A stretch of DNA of 64,000 nt, taken from sequence record MH595538.1; one strand, written 5' to 3'. The position numbers were made by a program, and so were the translations under genes. The stretch's first letter is position 1; every line of letters begins with the position of its first letter. A model generated the notes under the pieces. That model worked only from the letters and a program-made list of their open reading frames with translations, was not told where the DNA came from and searched no databases. Below, piece by piece: positions 26,120 through 35,119 of this stretch.

Positions 26120-27625
26120 ATGAAAGACAGTAATGCAATTGATCGCTATAACCACAGCCTAGATATGCAATCACTTTTGCCAGATTCGCCACAGACAAAG
26201 ATATCGCTGATGAAATGGGCAGGTCCATCTGACTTTAGCTATGATTTAGGGTTCGCCTTTGCCTGCAAAAACCCTGACGTCAATGCGGTTACTGATAAGT
26301 TTCTTCAGAAACTATGTGCAATCTATGGCGAAGATAATGTACAGGTATGTGATCGCCGAGATACCGTGGTAGAAAAACACCCTAATCCTGAGTATAAGGA
26401 TCATGAAATGAAAATGATGTGGACATATGTGAAAACACCAAATGCTGTTTTTCGCTTCTCTGCTGAAAATCTAAGGGATGTAAGTCAAGAGCTCCATACC
26501 GCAGTTACGTGCGGTGCTGGCGGATGCAACATGCATGGCCGCGAACATATCTCCATGATCTGCGATGAGATGAATGAACATATCCAGGGCACGCAAATGA
26601 TGGACAATGAAGATAAGCCTATGCAGACGGTTAACTTTGTTACATTGACAATGGGCAATGACGGCAATATTCTTCCGATTACCGAGGTTATTAATAGCAA
26701 TGAGTTGATAGATTCTAAATCATACATGTATCCGTTTATCGACACCGAAATGATGTATGACTTATATCACGAAGGCACAGAAAATGTTCTTGTGTTATCT
26801 GGTAAATCCGGAACCGGGAAAACATCATTGGCAAGAAGAATCATTCTGGAGCTAGCGCGACGTGAGTCAAAGGGTATTGTTACGGACATGATGCATAACC
26901 AACCCTATCGTCCGGTAAGGAACGTAGTCTATATCAAGGACGAAAGTATCTTAAAGCTAGACGCTGTTTATGCACAGCTTCAGCAGCTCAAGCCTTTGGC
27001 TATCTTGCTTGACGACATGGATCAGGGACTGCAGCCCCGCTTCCTTGATGATATGTCTGAGGAGGTGAGAGAACTTGTCCTCAACGGTGCAAACAACGGA
27101 GTCAATAATTTTCAGGCAAACCATAATGAAACCATGAATAAGTTACTTTCTTATTCTGATGGCGCATTAAAGCATAAAACGCGCATTATCATTACAACGA
27201 ACCGAGGAGTAAAGAAAGGTAACATCGAACCAGCTTTAGTTCGTACTGGTCGTTGTTTTGAAGTACTGGATATTCCAGAGCTTACTTACGACGAGGCATT
27301 AGAGGTATGGACAGTACATCTCCAGAAGCCAACAGAAGGGTTTGTTGCTTTGTTTGGTGATGCTGAACAATCACCTACTATCTGCCAAGCTGAACTTAAG
27401 CGCGAGAGTGACTTATGGACCAAGGTCGGTAAGCGCGGGTTCCTGAAACGCAATGACATCTCTATTCGCAGCCACATCGGCGGCGATGCTGTTCGTCGCG
27501 CGCGACGTGATGAATACAACGAGGCGGTTGTCTTTGAAGATAAAAGCCAGGGCATGTCAAGACCAGGAGAACGACTTCCAATTGGCGGCGGATGGAACGC
27601 TATGAACGCCAAGCCTACTCACTAA
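26120..27625 (+). CDS. AAA+ ATPase (classical clade with SRH), paralog 1
   Basis: Walker A GKSGTGKT, Walker B ILLDD, sensor IIITTN, SRH ALVRTGRCF. Confidence 0.9.
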   Translation: MKDSNAIDRYNHSLDMQSLLPDSPQTKISLMKWAGPSDFSYDLGFAFACKNPDVNAVTDKFLQKLCAIYGEDNVQVCDRRDTVVEKHPNPEYKDHEMKMMWTYVKTPNAVFRFSAENLRDVSQELHTAVTCGAGGCNMHGREHISMICDEMNEHIQGTQMMDNEDKPMQTVNFVTLTMGNDGNILPITEVINSNELIDSKSYMYPFIDTEMMYDLYHEGTENVLVLSGKSGTGKTSLARRIILELARRESKGIVTDMMHNQPYRPVRNVVYIKDESILKLDAVYAQLQQLKPLAILLDDMDQGLQPRFLDDMSEEVRELVLNGANNGVNNFQANHNETMNKLLSYSDGALKHKTRIIITTNRGVKKGNIEPALVRTGRCFEVLDIPELTYDEALEVWTVHLQKPTEGFVALFGDAEQSPTICQAELKRESDLWTKVGKRGFLKRNDISIRSHIGGDAVRRARRDEYNEAVVFEDKSQGMSRPGERLPIGGGWNAMNAKPTH

Positions 27626-27632
27626 TTAAACC

Positions 27633-27654
27633 TACTGCCCCTGCAGGGGCAGTA
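27633..27654 (+). terminator. Hairpin between the AAA+ paralogs
   Basis: TACTGCCCCT-GC-AGGGGCAGTA. Confidence 0.6.
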
Positions 27655-27687
27655 ACTATTTATATTTAACCAAAAGAGAACATTAAT

Positions 27688-29001
27688 ATGTATATTAACG
27701 CAACACGCATTGAAGAAGTGATTGAAAAGCACAACAATCCCGAATCTTTAGAAATGATGAAAGAGATCATCTCTAACCCAGGCGATCTTCCTATGTTTCC
27801 TGTTTACTCGATGTTGGCGAGAAAGGCCTTGCCTGGAATGACATCACTCCCATTGCCGGATGTTACTATTAAAGGAACCCTAGGGGAAGTCCAGGAAAAG
27901 ATCGCGCGATACCTGGATATCGAGGACATGCCGGGTGCAGTAAATATAACGCCTGAATCAAGCAAGATGGGTGATTATAATGCCTATGGCTTTATCGACC
28001 ATCCATGGGGTACCGTGAGGCTAGAATGGGAAAACCATATAGTGGAAGGCATTCCATGCATCAAACTAGATATTAGCGCTGCTATTGGCTTTATTGAGTT
28101 CTCGGATCTTATGGTCGGAATGCTCAGAGATCTGCAGATGAAGCCAGCTAAAGCTAAGGAAGAAGTTGACCGTGACGGCGAAAAGAACTACAGGGTCGAT
28201 GTTATCTCTTTGAGTTATGAAAATAATGAACTAGGTGCAGAGCAATCTAAGCACATGACTGATGAGTTTAAAGACATTCGTTATGAGCTATATCCTCGTA
28301 TTAACGTTCCGTTAATGATGGATCAATATACGCATCCGGATTCAGCTAACGTACTGATTCTTGTCGGTCCCCCAGGTACAGGTAAGACATCACTGCTCCG
28401 ACGTGCTATCGCAGATGTTGCTGTTCGACGTGAACATGACATCACCGCGGTCTATATTAAGAACCCAGATATCCTTGTTAATGATGCCGTACTTAATAAG
28501 ATCGGTAAAGTTAACCCTGATTTCTTGATTCTAGATGACATGGATGAAGGCCTTAAATGCCGTGAAGTTCATGGCGAGAATCCTCTCATGAATAAACTGC
28601 TGTCATTCTCCAACGGTGCGATCAAAAACAATATCAAAATTATCATCACTACTAACCGCAGTATTGATAATAAAGGCGATATTGACGGTGCGCTGGTAAG
28701 ACGCGGTCGTTGTTTTAATGTGCTTAAACTACCTCGCTTAACTTATGGCGAAGCAATGAGTGCTTGGATTGACGCATTCAATCGTCCTGTCGAAGGCTTT
28801 CGTGAATTGTTCCGTGATGAAACGATAGAGATCGATCAAGCTACTTTGGCGGCTGAAGCTCTCCTCTACGGAGAATTCGGAGGATCAGATTACCTGCTGG
28901 ACCCTACTATTTCAGTACGTGAACAACTTGCCCCTGACACAGTTAATGTGGAGAAGGCGGCTCCTGCTATGATGGGAAAGCACCAGGCGACCCTGAACTA
29001 G
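27688..29001 (+). CDS. AAA+ ATPase, paralog 2 (0-frame product 437 aa)
   Basis: GPPGTGKT, LILDD, IIITTN, ALVRRGRCF. Confidence 0.9.
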   Translation: MYINATRIEEVIEKHNNPESLEMMKEIISNPGDLPMFPVYSMLARKALPGMTSLPLPDVTIKGTLGEVQEKIARYLDIEDMPGAVNITPESSKMGDYNAYGFIDHPWGTVRLEWENHIVEGIPCIKLDISAAIGFIEFSDLMVGMLRDLQMKPAKAKEEVDRDGEKNYRVDVISLSYENNELGAEQSKHMTDEFKDIRYELYPRINVPLMMDQYTHPDSANVLILVGPPGTGKTSLLRRAIADVAVRREHDITAVYIKNPDILVNDAVLNKIGKVNPDFLILDDMDEGLKCREVHGENPLMNKLLSFSNGAIKNNIKIIITTNRSIDNKGDIDGALVRRGRCFNVLKLPRLTYGEAMSAWIDAFNRPVEGFRELFRDETIEIDQATLAAEALLYGEFGGSDYLLDPTISVREQLAPDTVNVEKAAPAMMGKHQATLN

Positions 29002-29186
29002 AGGAGGACTCAGTAGACGGTATTGTAGCGGCGTTGAAGGAATCACTTCCCCAATATTTACTGAGTACTCCCACTGGGCCTGGACGTGGACTAAAAACAC
29101 GTATAATTCATGCCGAAGATGATCCCAGGCCATTAACGCCAGTAATAGCTGCTCATGTTCTCCATCGGTCTAAAAAGAAACACTAA
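28974..29186 (+). CDS. -1 frame extension of AAA+ paralog 2 via putative programmed frameshift
   Basis: G GGA AAG heptamer in phase at 28974-28980; the -1 frame stays open 70 codons to TAA at 29184, just before the terminator; no own start codon. Confidence 0.55.
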   Translation, partial: GKAPGDPELEEDSVDGIVAALKESLPQYLLSTPTGPGRGLKTRIIHAEDDPRPLTPVIAAHVLHRSKKKH

Positions 29187-29190
29187 CCAC

Positions 29191-29210
29191 ATGGCCTCTT
29201 CGGAGGCCAT
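29191..29210 (+). terminator. Intrinsic terminator
   Basis: ATGGCCTC-TTCG-GAGGCCAT plus T-rich tail. Confidence 0.8.
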
Positions 29211-29244
29211 TATCTTTTAATTTTATTTTTTAATTGGAGGTTAC

Positions 29245-29631
29245 ATGCCTGGCGCATATGAAGTATTTACTTGGCTATTAAGGGCACTAGTTTGCTTTGG
29301 CGCATTAACATGCTGGGGCCATATCGCAAGATCGGTCAACTATAGCTATATCGTATATTGCACGCCGAGCAATGTCAATTCACAAACCTTTTATGGCAAG
29401 GTATTGCTTAATCTGGGCGGCTATGGGGTTGCGCTATCGATGATATTAAGCACTCCGATGACAATGACATTGGAAATAATCATCGCCTTTCTAGTGCTCA
29501 TTCCTGTATGGAAGCCTAAACACAGGATACCTAAAAAGAAATGGATGGCTGCATATAACTCGACGGTTTTAATATTGTCAGTAATGCTTGCTTATAAAAC
29601 CTATATTGTAATTTCTTACTTATCGATCTGA
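29245..29631 (+). CDS. Multi-pass membrane protein
   Basis: GGAGG RBS; about four hydrophobic segments. Confidence 0.75.
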   Translation: MPGAYEVFTWLLRALVCFGALTCWGHIARSVNYSYIVYCTPSNVNSQTFYGKVLLNLGGYGVALSMILSTPMTMTLEIIIAFLVLIPVWKPKHRIPKKKWMAAYNSTVLILSVMLAYKTYIVISYLSI

Positions 29632-29664
29632 ATCTTATGACGATCCCTCTATAAGGAAAACTAC

Positions 29665-30660
29665 ATGGATGAAAATACTCCTGGCGTACACAAAGTAACC
29701 AAGGTTGATTTACTGAAAGAAGATTTACCTAGGGTAGATATACGAACGTTGTTTGGTCCTGATGACTATAACCTCAAGTGCATTGATGAATATCTCGGTA
29801 CCAGTTCGCACTATATTGACGGCACCGTTGTGTTCCAAGGTCCAACTAAGGAAGCAGCTAAACACGCTAAGAAAGCATTTTACGATATCTTGTTTCATTT
29901 GAAAGATCACAAGGATATCGATCAAGATACTTTAAAAGCGCTTGTATCCGCTTCTAAGAACAAGGAACATAAATTTGGTGCAACTACTCAAGTGCAGATA
30001 CTTGAAGGCACTCTGAAGCTTGTCAACAGCGAACAGCAGGCATTATGGGATGCGTTCCATAACAATGATATTATTATCGTCAATGGACCTGCTGGCACAG
30101 GCAAAACATTATTGTCAATCGGTTATGCGATAATGGGCCTTACTGAAGAAAGATTTAAGAAGATTATCTTTAGTAGACCAGCTGTTGAAACCAGTGAATC
30201 GATAGGTGCATTGCCAGGAGATGAATCTCAAAAGATCGCACCTTTCCTAAGACCAATTTATGACAACCTCAGTTTCTATGTCAGCGATCCTAAATGGGCA
30301 GTGCAGAATATCGACGACGGTAATCTGGAAACAAACCATGTCGGATATATGCGAGGACGTAGTCTGCGTGATACATTCATGTTCTTTGATGAAGTACAGA
30401 ATATGACCGTGTCCGAAGCGAAAATGGCGGTTACTCGCATCGCTAATGGGTCTAAGGTTGTTCTAGCAGGAGATCGAGCCCAATGTGACTTAGGGCGCAA
30501 CTACCGAGATCCCGAATCTGGATATACCAATGGCCTGGATTATCTTTATGATAAGCTGGTTAATGAACAATCCAAGATCAAAGGGGTTGCTGTCATAGAG
30601 CTTACTGAAAGCTCTGTCATGCGCCATCCTACAGTTAAAAACTTACTTCCTTATATTTAA
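29665..30660 (+). CDS. phoH: PhoH-family ATPase
   Basis: GPAGTGKT, SRPAVE, GALPGD, YMRGRSL, DEVQN, TRI..GSK.V..GD..QCD. Confidence 0.95.
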   Translation: MDENTPGVHKVTKVDLLKEDLPRVDIRTLFGPDDYNLKCIDEYLGTSSHYIDGTVVFQGPTKEAAKHAKKAFYDILFHLKDHKDIDQDTLKALVSASKNKEHKFGATTQVQILEGTLKLVNSEQQALWDAFHNNDIIIVNGPAGTGKTLLSIGYAIMGLTEERFKKIIFSRPAVETSESIGALPGDESQKIAPFLRPIYDNLSFYVSDPKWAVQNIDDGNLETNHVGYMRGRSLRDTFMFFDEVQNMTVSEAKMAVTRIANGSKVVLAGDRAQCDLGRNYRDPESGYTNGLDYLYDKLVNEQSKIKGVAVIELTESSVMRHPTVKNLLPYI

Positions 30661-30664
30661 AACA

Positions 30665-30697
30665 GTTATTCCCATGGCGTCTGCCATGGGAAATAAC
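30665..30697 (+). terminator. Intrinsic terminator
   Basis: TTCCCATGGC-GTCT-GCCATGGGAA. Confidence 0.7.
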
Positions 30698-30699
30698 AT

Positions 30700-30716
30700 C
30701 TATATCATATTGGTTA
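30700..30716 (+). promoter_or_regulatory. Putative early-type promoter motif
   Basis: CTATATCATATTGGTTA immediately after a terminator. Confidence 0.4.
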
Positions 30717-30729
30717 GCGGAGGCATGCT

Positions 30730-31089
30730 ATGAACCCAGTAATCAATCGAATCATCAAAAGAGGTCTAGATGACAAGTATCCGGAATTCGGAGATATTCT
30801 AGATCTATATAACTTGTATGGTACAAGGCTTACTGCCAACCATTATCTTATTGCTGCACTAGGACGTGGATCCAATGATCTTTATGGTGACGTATCCAAT
30901 ATTGAATACGGACTTCATAACTATACTAACAACCAATTGTTAGTGGTGAGCATCGGCTTAGGTTCTGAAGAGACCGTAAAGGACGTTAGTCATTTGAGTC
31001 CGCATACTAATTGCATTAACAATTTCCGTTCTGATGCTAATTTCAACAGCATCCCATTCCCAATGATACATGAATACATTAAGGATTAA
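30730..31089 (+). CDS. Hypothetical protein
   Basis: GGAGG RBS, 119 aa. Confidence 0.75.
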   Translation: MNPVINRIIKRGLDDKYPEFGDILDLYNLYGTRLTANHYLIAALGRGSNDLYGDVSNIEYGLHNYTNNQLLVVSIGLGSEETVKDVSHLSPHTNCINNFRSDANFNSIPFPMIHEYIKD

Positions 31090-31091
31090 CA

Positions 31092-32294
31092 ATGAGTGAT
31101 TTACACGATCGTTTAAACGCCCTTATCGCCCACGGTAAAGAATTTCAACTTGTTCTAGGTGATCTGCCTGTCGGCATTGCTAAGAAAGTATGTCGCGGTA
31201 ACTACGAAGGAGAATATGTCGTTGAAGTAGAGTCCAAAGAATTCTCACGCCCAATTGATGTTCGCATGAACCAATTCACAATGGCTTTGTTCGGTGCGAC
31301 TGAAGCTGAAATTGAACTAGTGGCTCCTAATGACTTCTTTGGTGATGAATTCCAAGAAGAAGCAGAGAATGCTAAAGGAATTCGCAACCAACATCTAGGC
31401 ATTATTGTGAAGGATGAAATGGGAGTTCATGTATCTTCAGACATGGATCTTATCCGAGCAGCTAATTTTGACGACTATGTTCTTTATGACATCAGCGGCG
31501 CTATCTGGCTTCACCATAAAGTAATGGATCTAGAATACATCGATCCTAACGTTAACACTATTGAGAAAATGGAAGAAGCGGATTCTGGCTGGAAGCTATT
31601 AGGCGCAGAGAACATCATTCGCTGGGATCATCCTACTGTCGATCCAGACAGTTATGCTGTACTGATTCCTAAAACAATGGTCCAAATGCCATGGGAGTAT
31701 ATTGATACAGAAGGCAATACACTTACTCATGACACCAAGGTATTCCAGTCTGAAGGCGGATTCTTTAAGATTGTTCTTTCGAAGCAAGTGCGTGAAAGCT
31801 TAGATGAGCAAACTGCGGCAATGGCAGAACAAAGCCTGGTACCTCACAGCATTCTACTGGGCAAAAAGGCTACCGGTCCAACCATGGATCAGTATACGGA
31901 TTTCCTTAAGCGTGTTGTTGAGTTTACATTCACTCCAGAAACCCTGAGTTCTATCCTAGGCGATAGTTTAAAAGAAGGCATTGATACTAATCAAGCTATT
32001 TCTGCGGTAAAGACCTGGGCAGTAACGCATCTGTCTCGAATCCATGCAGACTTCAAATACTCCGATAATGCAGAGTTTGAAGGATGGCTAAACGACTATA
32101 TCGACGATGCCATAAGTCCAGAAACTGACGTTCAGATTGCAGTTAATGAAAATGGTGGTGCTCGAGAAGACGAAGACCAATGGGATGCATACAAGCGAAT
32201 TCTTAAAGAAAAGATCTTCGAGTATCGTGAAAGCGACAATCCTCAAATCATGGTCTATCGCGCATCATCGATCGACCCAATCAAACCTGAATAA
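31092..32294 (+). CDS. Hypothetical acidic protein (400 aa)
   Basis: Long ORF, AAGGA RBS. Confidence 0.8.
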   Translation: MSDLHDRLNALIAHGKEFQLVLGDLPVGIAKKVCRGNYEGEYVVEVESKEFSRPIDVRMNQFTMALFGATEAEIELVAPNDFFGDEFQEEAENAKGIRNQHLGIIVKDEMGVHVSSDMDLIRAANFDDYVLYDISGAIWLHHKVMDLEYIDPNVNTIEKMEEADSGWKLLGAENIIRWDHPTVDPDSYAVLIPKTMVQMPWEYIDTEGNTLTHDTKVFQSEGGFFKIVLSKQVRESLDEQTAAMAEQSLVPHSILLGKKATGPTMDQYTDFLKRVVEFTFTPETLSSILGDSLKEGIDTNQAISAVKTWAVTHLSRIHADFKYSDNAEFEGWLNDYIDDAISPETDVQIAVNENGGAREDEDQWDAYKRILKEKIFEYRESDNPQIMVYRASSIDPIKPE

Positions 32295-32314
32295 ATTCAC
32301 AAAGAGATAATATT

Positions 32315-32740
32315 ATGTCAATAATTGTAAAGCAACAAAACGATAACGCTCTAGTATTAGATAAAGCAAAGTTCTTACTTACCATGGGTCCTGCCTTTTT
32401 ATCGATTGACTTTCCATTTGAAGTCGATTTAAAGGCGGATTCACGGTTCTTCACGGCAACGTTTGAAATTGGAATTGTTCCAGAAGCGACCACTCTGATT
32501 CCTGAAAATCATCCAATGGCCAGAAAGTTTGGCTTAAATGAAGATCAGTTACGAGCACTAGCAGTCGATGTTGTCGTCACTGGTACAAAGATCGACGAAG
32601 ACGATGCATGGGTATGTTCTGTTGCTGACTATTTGTTTACTTGCAGTGATCGTGAAATTGCGAATAAGTTCTCGCAAGAGCGTGGTGCACTTATTCAAAA
32701 TATCCTGAGTAATAACATCAAATTTACCTTAATGGACTAG
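32315..32740 (+). CDS. Hypothetical protein
   Basis: AGAG RBS, 141 aa. Confidence 0.75.
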   Translation: MSIIVKQQNDNALVLDKAKFLLTMGPAFLSIDFPFEVDLKADSRFFTATFEIGIVPEATTLIPENHPMARKFGLNEDQLRALAVDVVVTGTKIDEDDAWVCSVADYLFTCSDREIANKFSQERGALIQNILSNNIKFTLMD

Positions 32741-32889
32741 CAGTTTAATAAATCTGTTAGTTGGTAGATTTAAAAGCATTATGACCTAGGACCGTTAGCC
32801 GTTATGGCATTCTAGGAGAGGGGACTGGCCGAACCCTCGTCGCACTCGCTACCGCGACCATAGGCCAAATTTCTTATCAGGAGATAACA

Positions 32890-33303
32890 ATGGCACAATC
32901 TAAGATTTTTAGCGTGGAGACCAAAAAGTACGTCGGTCTGGGAATTGATTTCGATGAAGAATGGGATGCCTGGAAAGAGTATCGCGATAAACTGACAACA
33001 ACAGGAGCCAGCGTCGATGTTTATGAAGCAGATGGTACTCCAGTTACGGTTACGTTTACTTCTATAGCTCTCGTCCACAGTACGGCAGGTAAACATGTGT
33101 TACTAGAAGTCGCACCGGGCAGTGTCGCTGATGCTGACACCTACAGTGCTCAAATAGCGTCGATTACTCCCGTGATACATCAGACTGCCCAGAATACTTA
33201 TGATACGTTCCTATATACACGGAACGCAGAGTCACTAAGTAAAGATGGAAATGCGCCTATTAATCATATCTATCGTGCACTACAGCACTTGAACAAAATT
33301 TAA
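32890..33303 (+). CDS. Hypothetical protein
   Basis: AGGAG RBS; terminator at 33310-33329. Confidence 0.75.
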   Translation: MAQSKIFSVETKKYVGLGIDFDEEWDAWKEYRDKLTTTGASVDVYEADGTPVTVTFTSIALVHSTAGKHVLLEVAPGSVADADTYSAQIASITPVIHQTAQNTYDTFLYTRNAESLSKDGNAPINHIYRALQHLNKI

Positions 33304-33359
33304 TATCTAGTCTCTCCTTCGGGAGAGACCTTACTTTTTTATTTATTTGGAGAACTATT

Positions 33360-33629
33360 ATGTGGTTAACATACAGTGAACTCATGCGATGGCAACGTGC
33401 ATGGAACAAAACCTTTCCAGAGCAAAATATCTATATTTCCTCCAATAGAGATAAAAGCACTATTGTTGCAGCTAAATATGACGTCCATCATTACATCGGC
33501 GAGGACCTTGATAACACCCTTGCCTTTACAGGAAAGATCAGTTGCTGCATTTCTTATATGAAGGGCATGTTAGCACAAAAGACACCGGAACAACGCACTT
33601 GCTTCTATCTGGTTAAAACGGAACAGTAG
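33360..33629 (+). CDS. Hypothetical protein
   Basis: GGAG RBS, 89 aa. Confidence 0.65.
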   Translation: MWLTYSELMRWQRAWNKTFPEQNIYISSNRDKSTIVAAKYDVHHYIGEDLDNTLAFTGKISCCISYMKGMLAQKTPEQRTCFYLVKTEQ

Positions 33630-33639
33630 GAACTAAACT

Positions 33640-34614
33640 ATGTTTAAGTGGATAAAGAAATACATTTCTTTCAGCGGATGGAAGAATGATGGCGCGATCG
33701 TAGGCATGGTCCATCTTAGAGAATCCAGCAATCTATCGGCAAGACTAGGTCAATATAGCACAGACAGCATTGATCCATGGCGGTCAGTAGGTCTACTTTG
33801 GGACGTTAATCATGACGATGTAGGGCATCGACTTGAAATCAGCCTCTGGAAATTCTTCCTAGAAATAGAAATCAATGTACGATGGATCAATGCACTGACG
33901 TATAAGCTTACTCGAAGCAGCAGACGCCTAGGTTTAGAGATTTCCAAATCTCGCTTTGAATTGTCTCTGTTTAACATCGACAATGATTATGCGGATGAAT
34001 ACAGCTGGCTAAAACGAAAAGGGATGAATACCGACAATAGGGGTAAATGGTGGTTTAAGTTATTTTGGCGAGTGCGTCGCGGATATAACTATAGCTTCTG
34101 GTGGGATAGATTACAAGGAGATACGGTATATCAGCCCAAGAAGATAGTCGGTCATGAAATTGAAGCCTGTTATGAATTAGAACATGCCGGAAAGACCCAT
34201 AGTTATCGTCTGCCATTTACAGTAGATTTAGAAATAGGTCAATATACTCGAACCAGTATCTTTGGTTTTGTTAAAGAAGACAAGCAATGCCACAAGATGA
34301 GCATTCAGATAAATAGGAATGAACTGGACAGTCGACGGTTCTTCCATATCCCAACTCGCTACGGTAAAGGAGAGAACTCATGGGACTGTGATGACTGTCC
34401 GATTCTCTATGCTGGAACCGGATTGCTATTTGGGGATTTGCCCAAGCCTTTAACTAGACATGGAACACTGGCGAAATGCGATCTCGTTAAAGAGACTCCA
34501 GAGTTCAGACAGGCTGTTCGTTACATGGTTGAGCAATACGCTGAACATGTCTTGCATGAATGGAAAAAGTATGGTCGTGCCAACGATACTGATTCCAGTA
34601 AAATGAACTTTTAA
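33640..34614 (+). CDS. Hypothetical Trp/Tyr-rich protein (324 aa)
   Basis: AGGA RBS; terminator at 34624-34648. Confidence 0.8.
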   Translation: MFKWIKKYISFSGWKNDGAIVGMVHLRESSNLSARLGQYSTDSIDPWRSVGLLWDVNHDDVGHRLEISLWKFFLEIEINVRWINALTYKLTRSSRRLGLEISKSRFELSLFNIDNDYADEYSWLKRKGMNTDNRGKWWFKLFWRVRRGYNYSFWWDRLQGDTVYQPKKIVGHEIEACYELEHAGKTHSYRLPFTVDLEIGQYTRTSIFGFVKEDKQCHKMSIQINRNELDSRRFFHIPTRYGKGENSWDCDDCPILYAGTGLLFGDLPKPLTRHGTLAKCDLVKETPEFRQAVRYMVEQYAEHVLHEWKKYGRANDTDSSKMNF

Positions 34615-34674
34615 GTTCCGCTTATAAGAGGGGTTTTACCCCTCTTATTTTTTTGTTTCAAGCAAGTTGAAAAC

Positions 34675-34692
34675 CTATATCACCATAGTGTA
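34675..34692 (+). promoter_or_regulatory. Putative early-type promoter motif
   Basis: CTATATCACCATAGTGTA after a terminator, before an operon. Confidence 0.5.
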
Positions 34693-34720
34693 TTGAGACT
34701 ATAAAGAAAGGAGCATTATT

Positions 34721-35119
34721 ATGCAAATCATCGATTATTCTAAAAAAGGATGGATGGAATCTCGCAAAAACGAGATCATTATTCCAGTCATTGTGGACAT
34801 GCCAATGGAGATCAAAATTAATGGACTTAGCCGTGACACTGCAGGCTATTATCTTGAAGCACCTGGAAGCGCACAGCTTATCAATGAGGATTCAGCAATG
34901 TATGCTCATGGGAATAAACGCATCTATGATGGAATCATGGACGGCGTTAAGGCTTACTGCACACATCATGGCTATGGACTTAATGAAAAAGAACTCGAGG
35001 AAATAACTGAAATTGTCAACAAGGGGTTTATTCTATGTGACAGCACTTATGGCAGTGAAACTAAAAACTGGGCAGAGCATGAATGCGATGCTTACATTCT
35101 AATCAAAGGATCAAATTAA
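34721..35119 (+). CDS. Hypothetical protein
   Basis: AAGGAG RBS, 132 aa. Confidence 0.75.
   Translation: MQIIDYSKKGWMESRKNEIIIPVIVDMPMEIKINGLSRDTAGYYLEAPGSAQLINEDSAMYAHGNKRIYDGIMDGVKAYCTHHGYGLNEKELEEITEIVNKGFILCDSTYGSETKNWAEHECDAYILIKGSN

Noticed and set aside
29002-29040. Independent small gene started from AGGAGG at 29002
   Set aside because: No ATG/GTG/TTG at usable spacing; the nearest in-frame TTG is ~27 nt away
28912-29133. 73-aa minus-strand ORF as the explanation for the gap after AAA+ 2
   Set aside because: TTG start without an RBS, runs antisense into the AAA+ gene; the + strand -1 frame fits better
32818-32867. HDV-like/theta ribozyme
   Set aside because: Too little sequence between the putative P2 and P4 for P3/L3/P1; no P1.1
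32812-33096. 94-aa antisense ORF
   Set aside because: Shadow of the RBS-supported + strand gene
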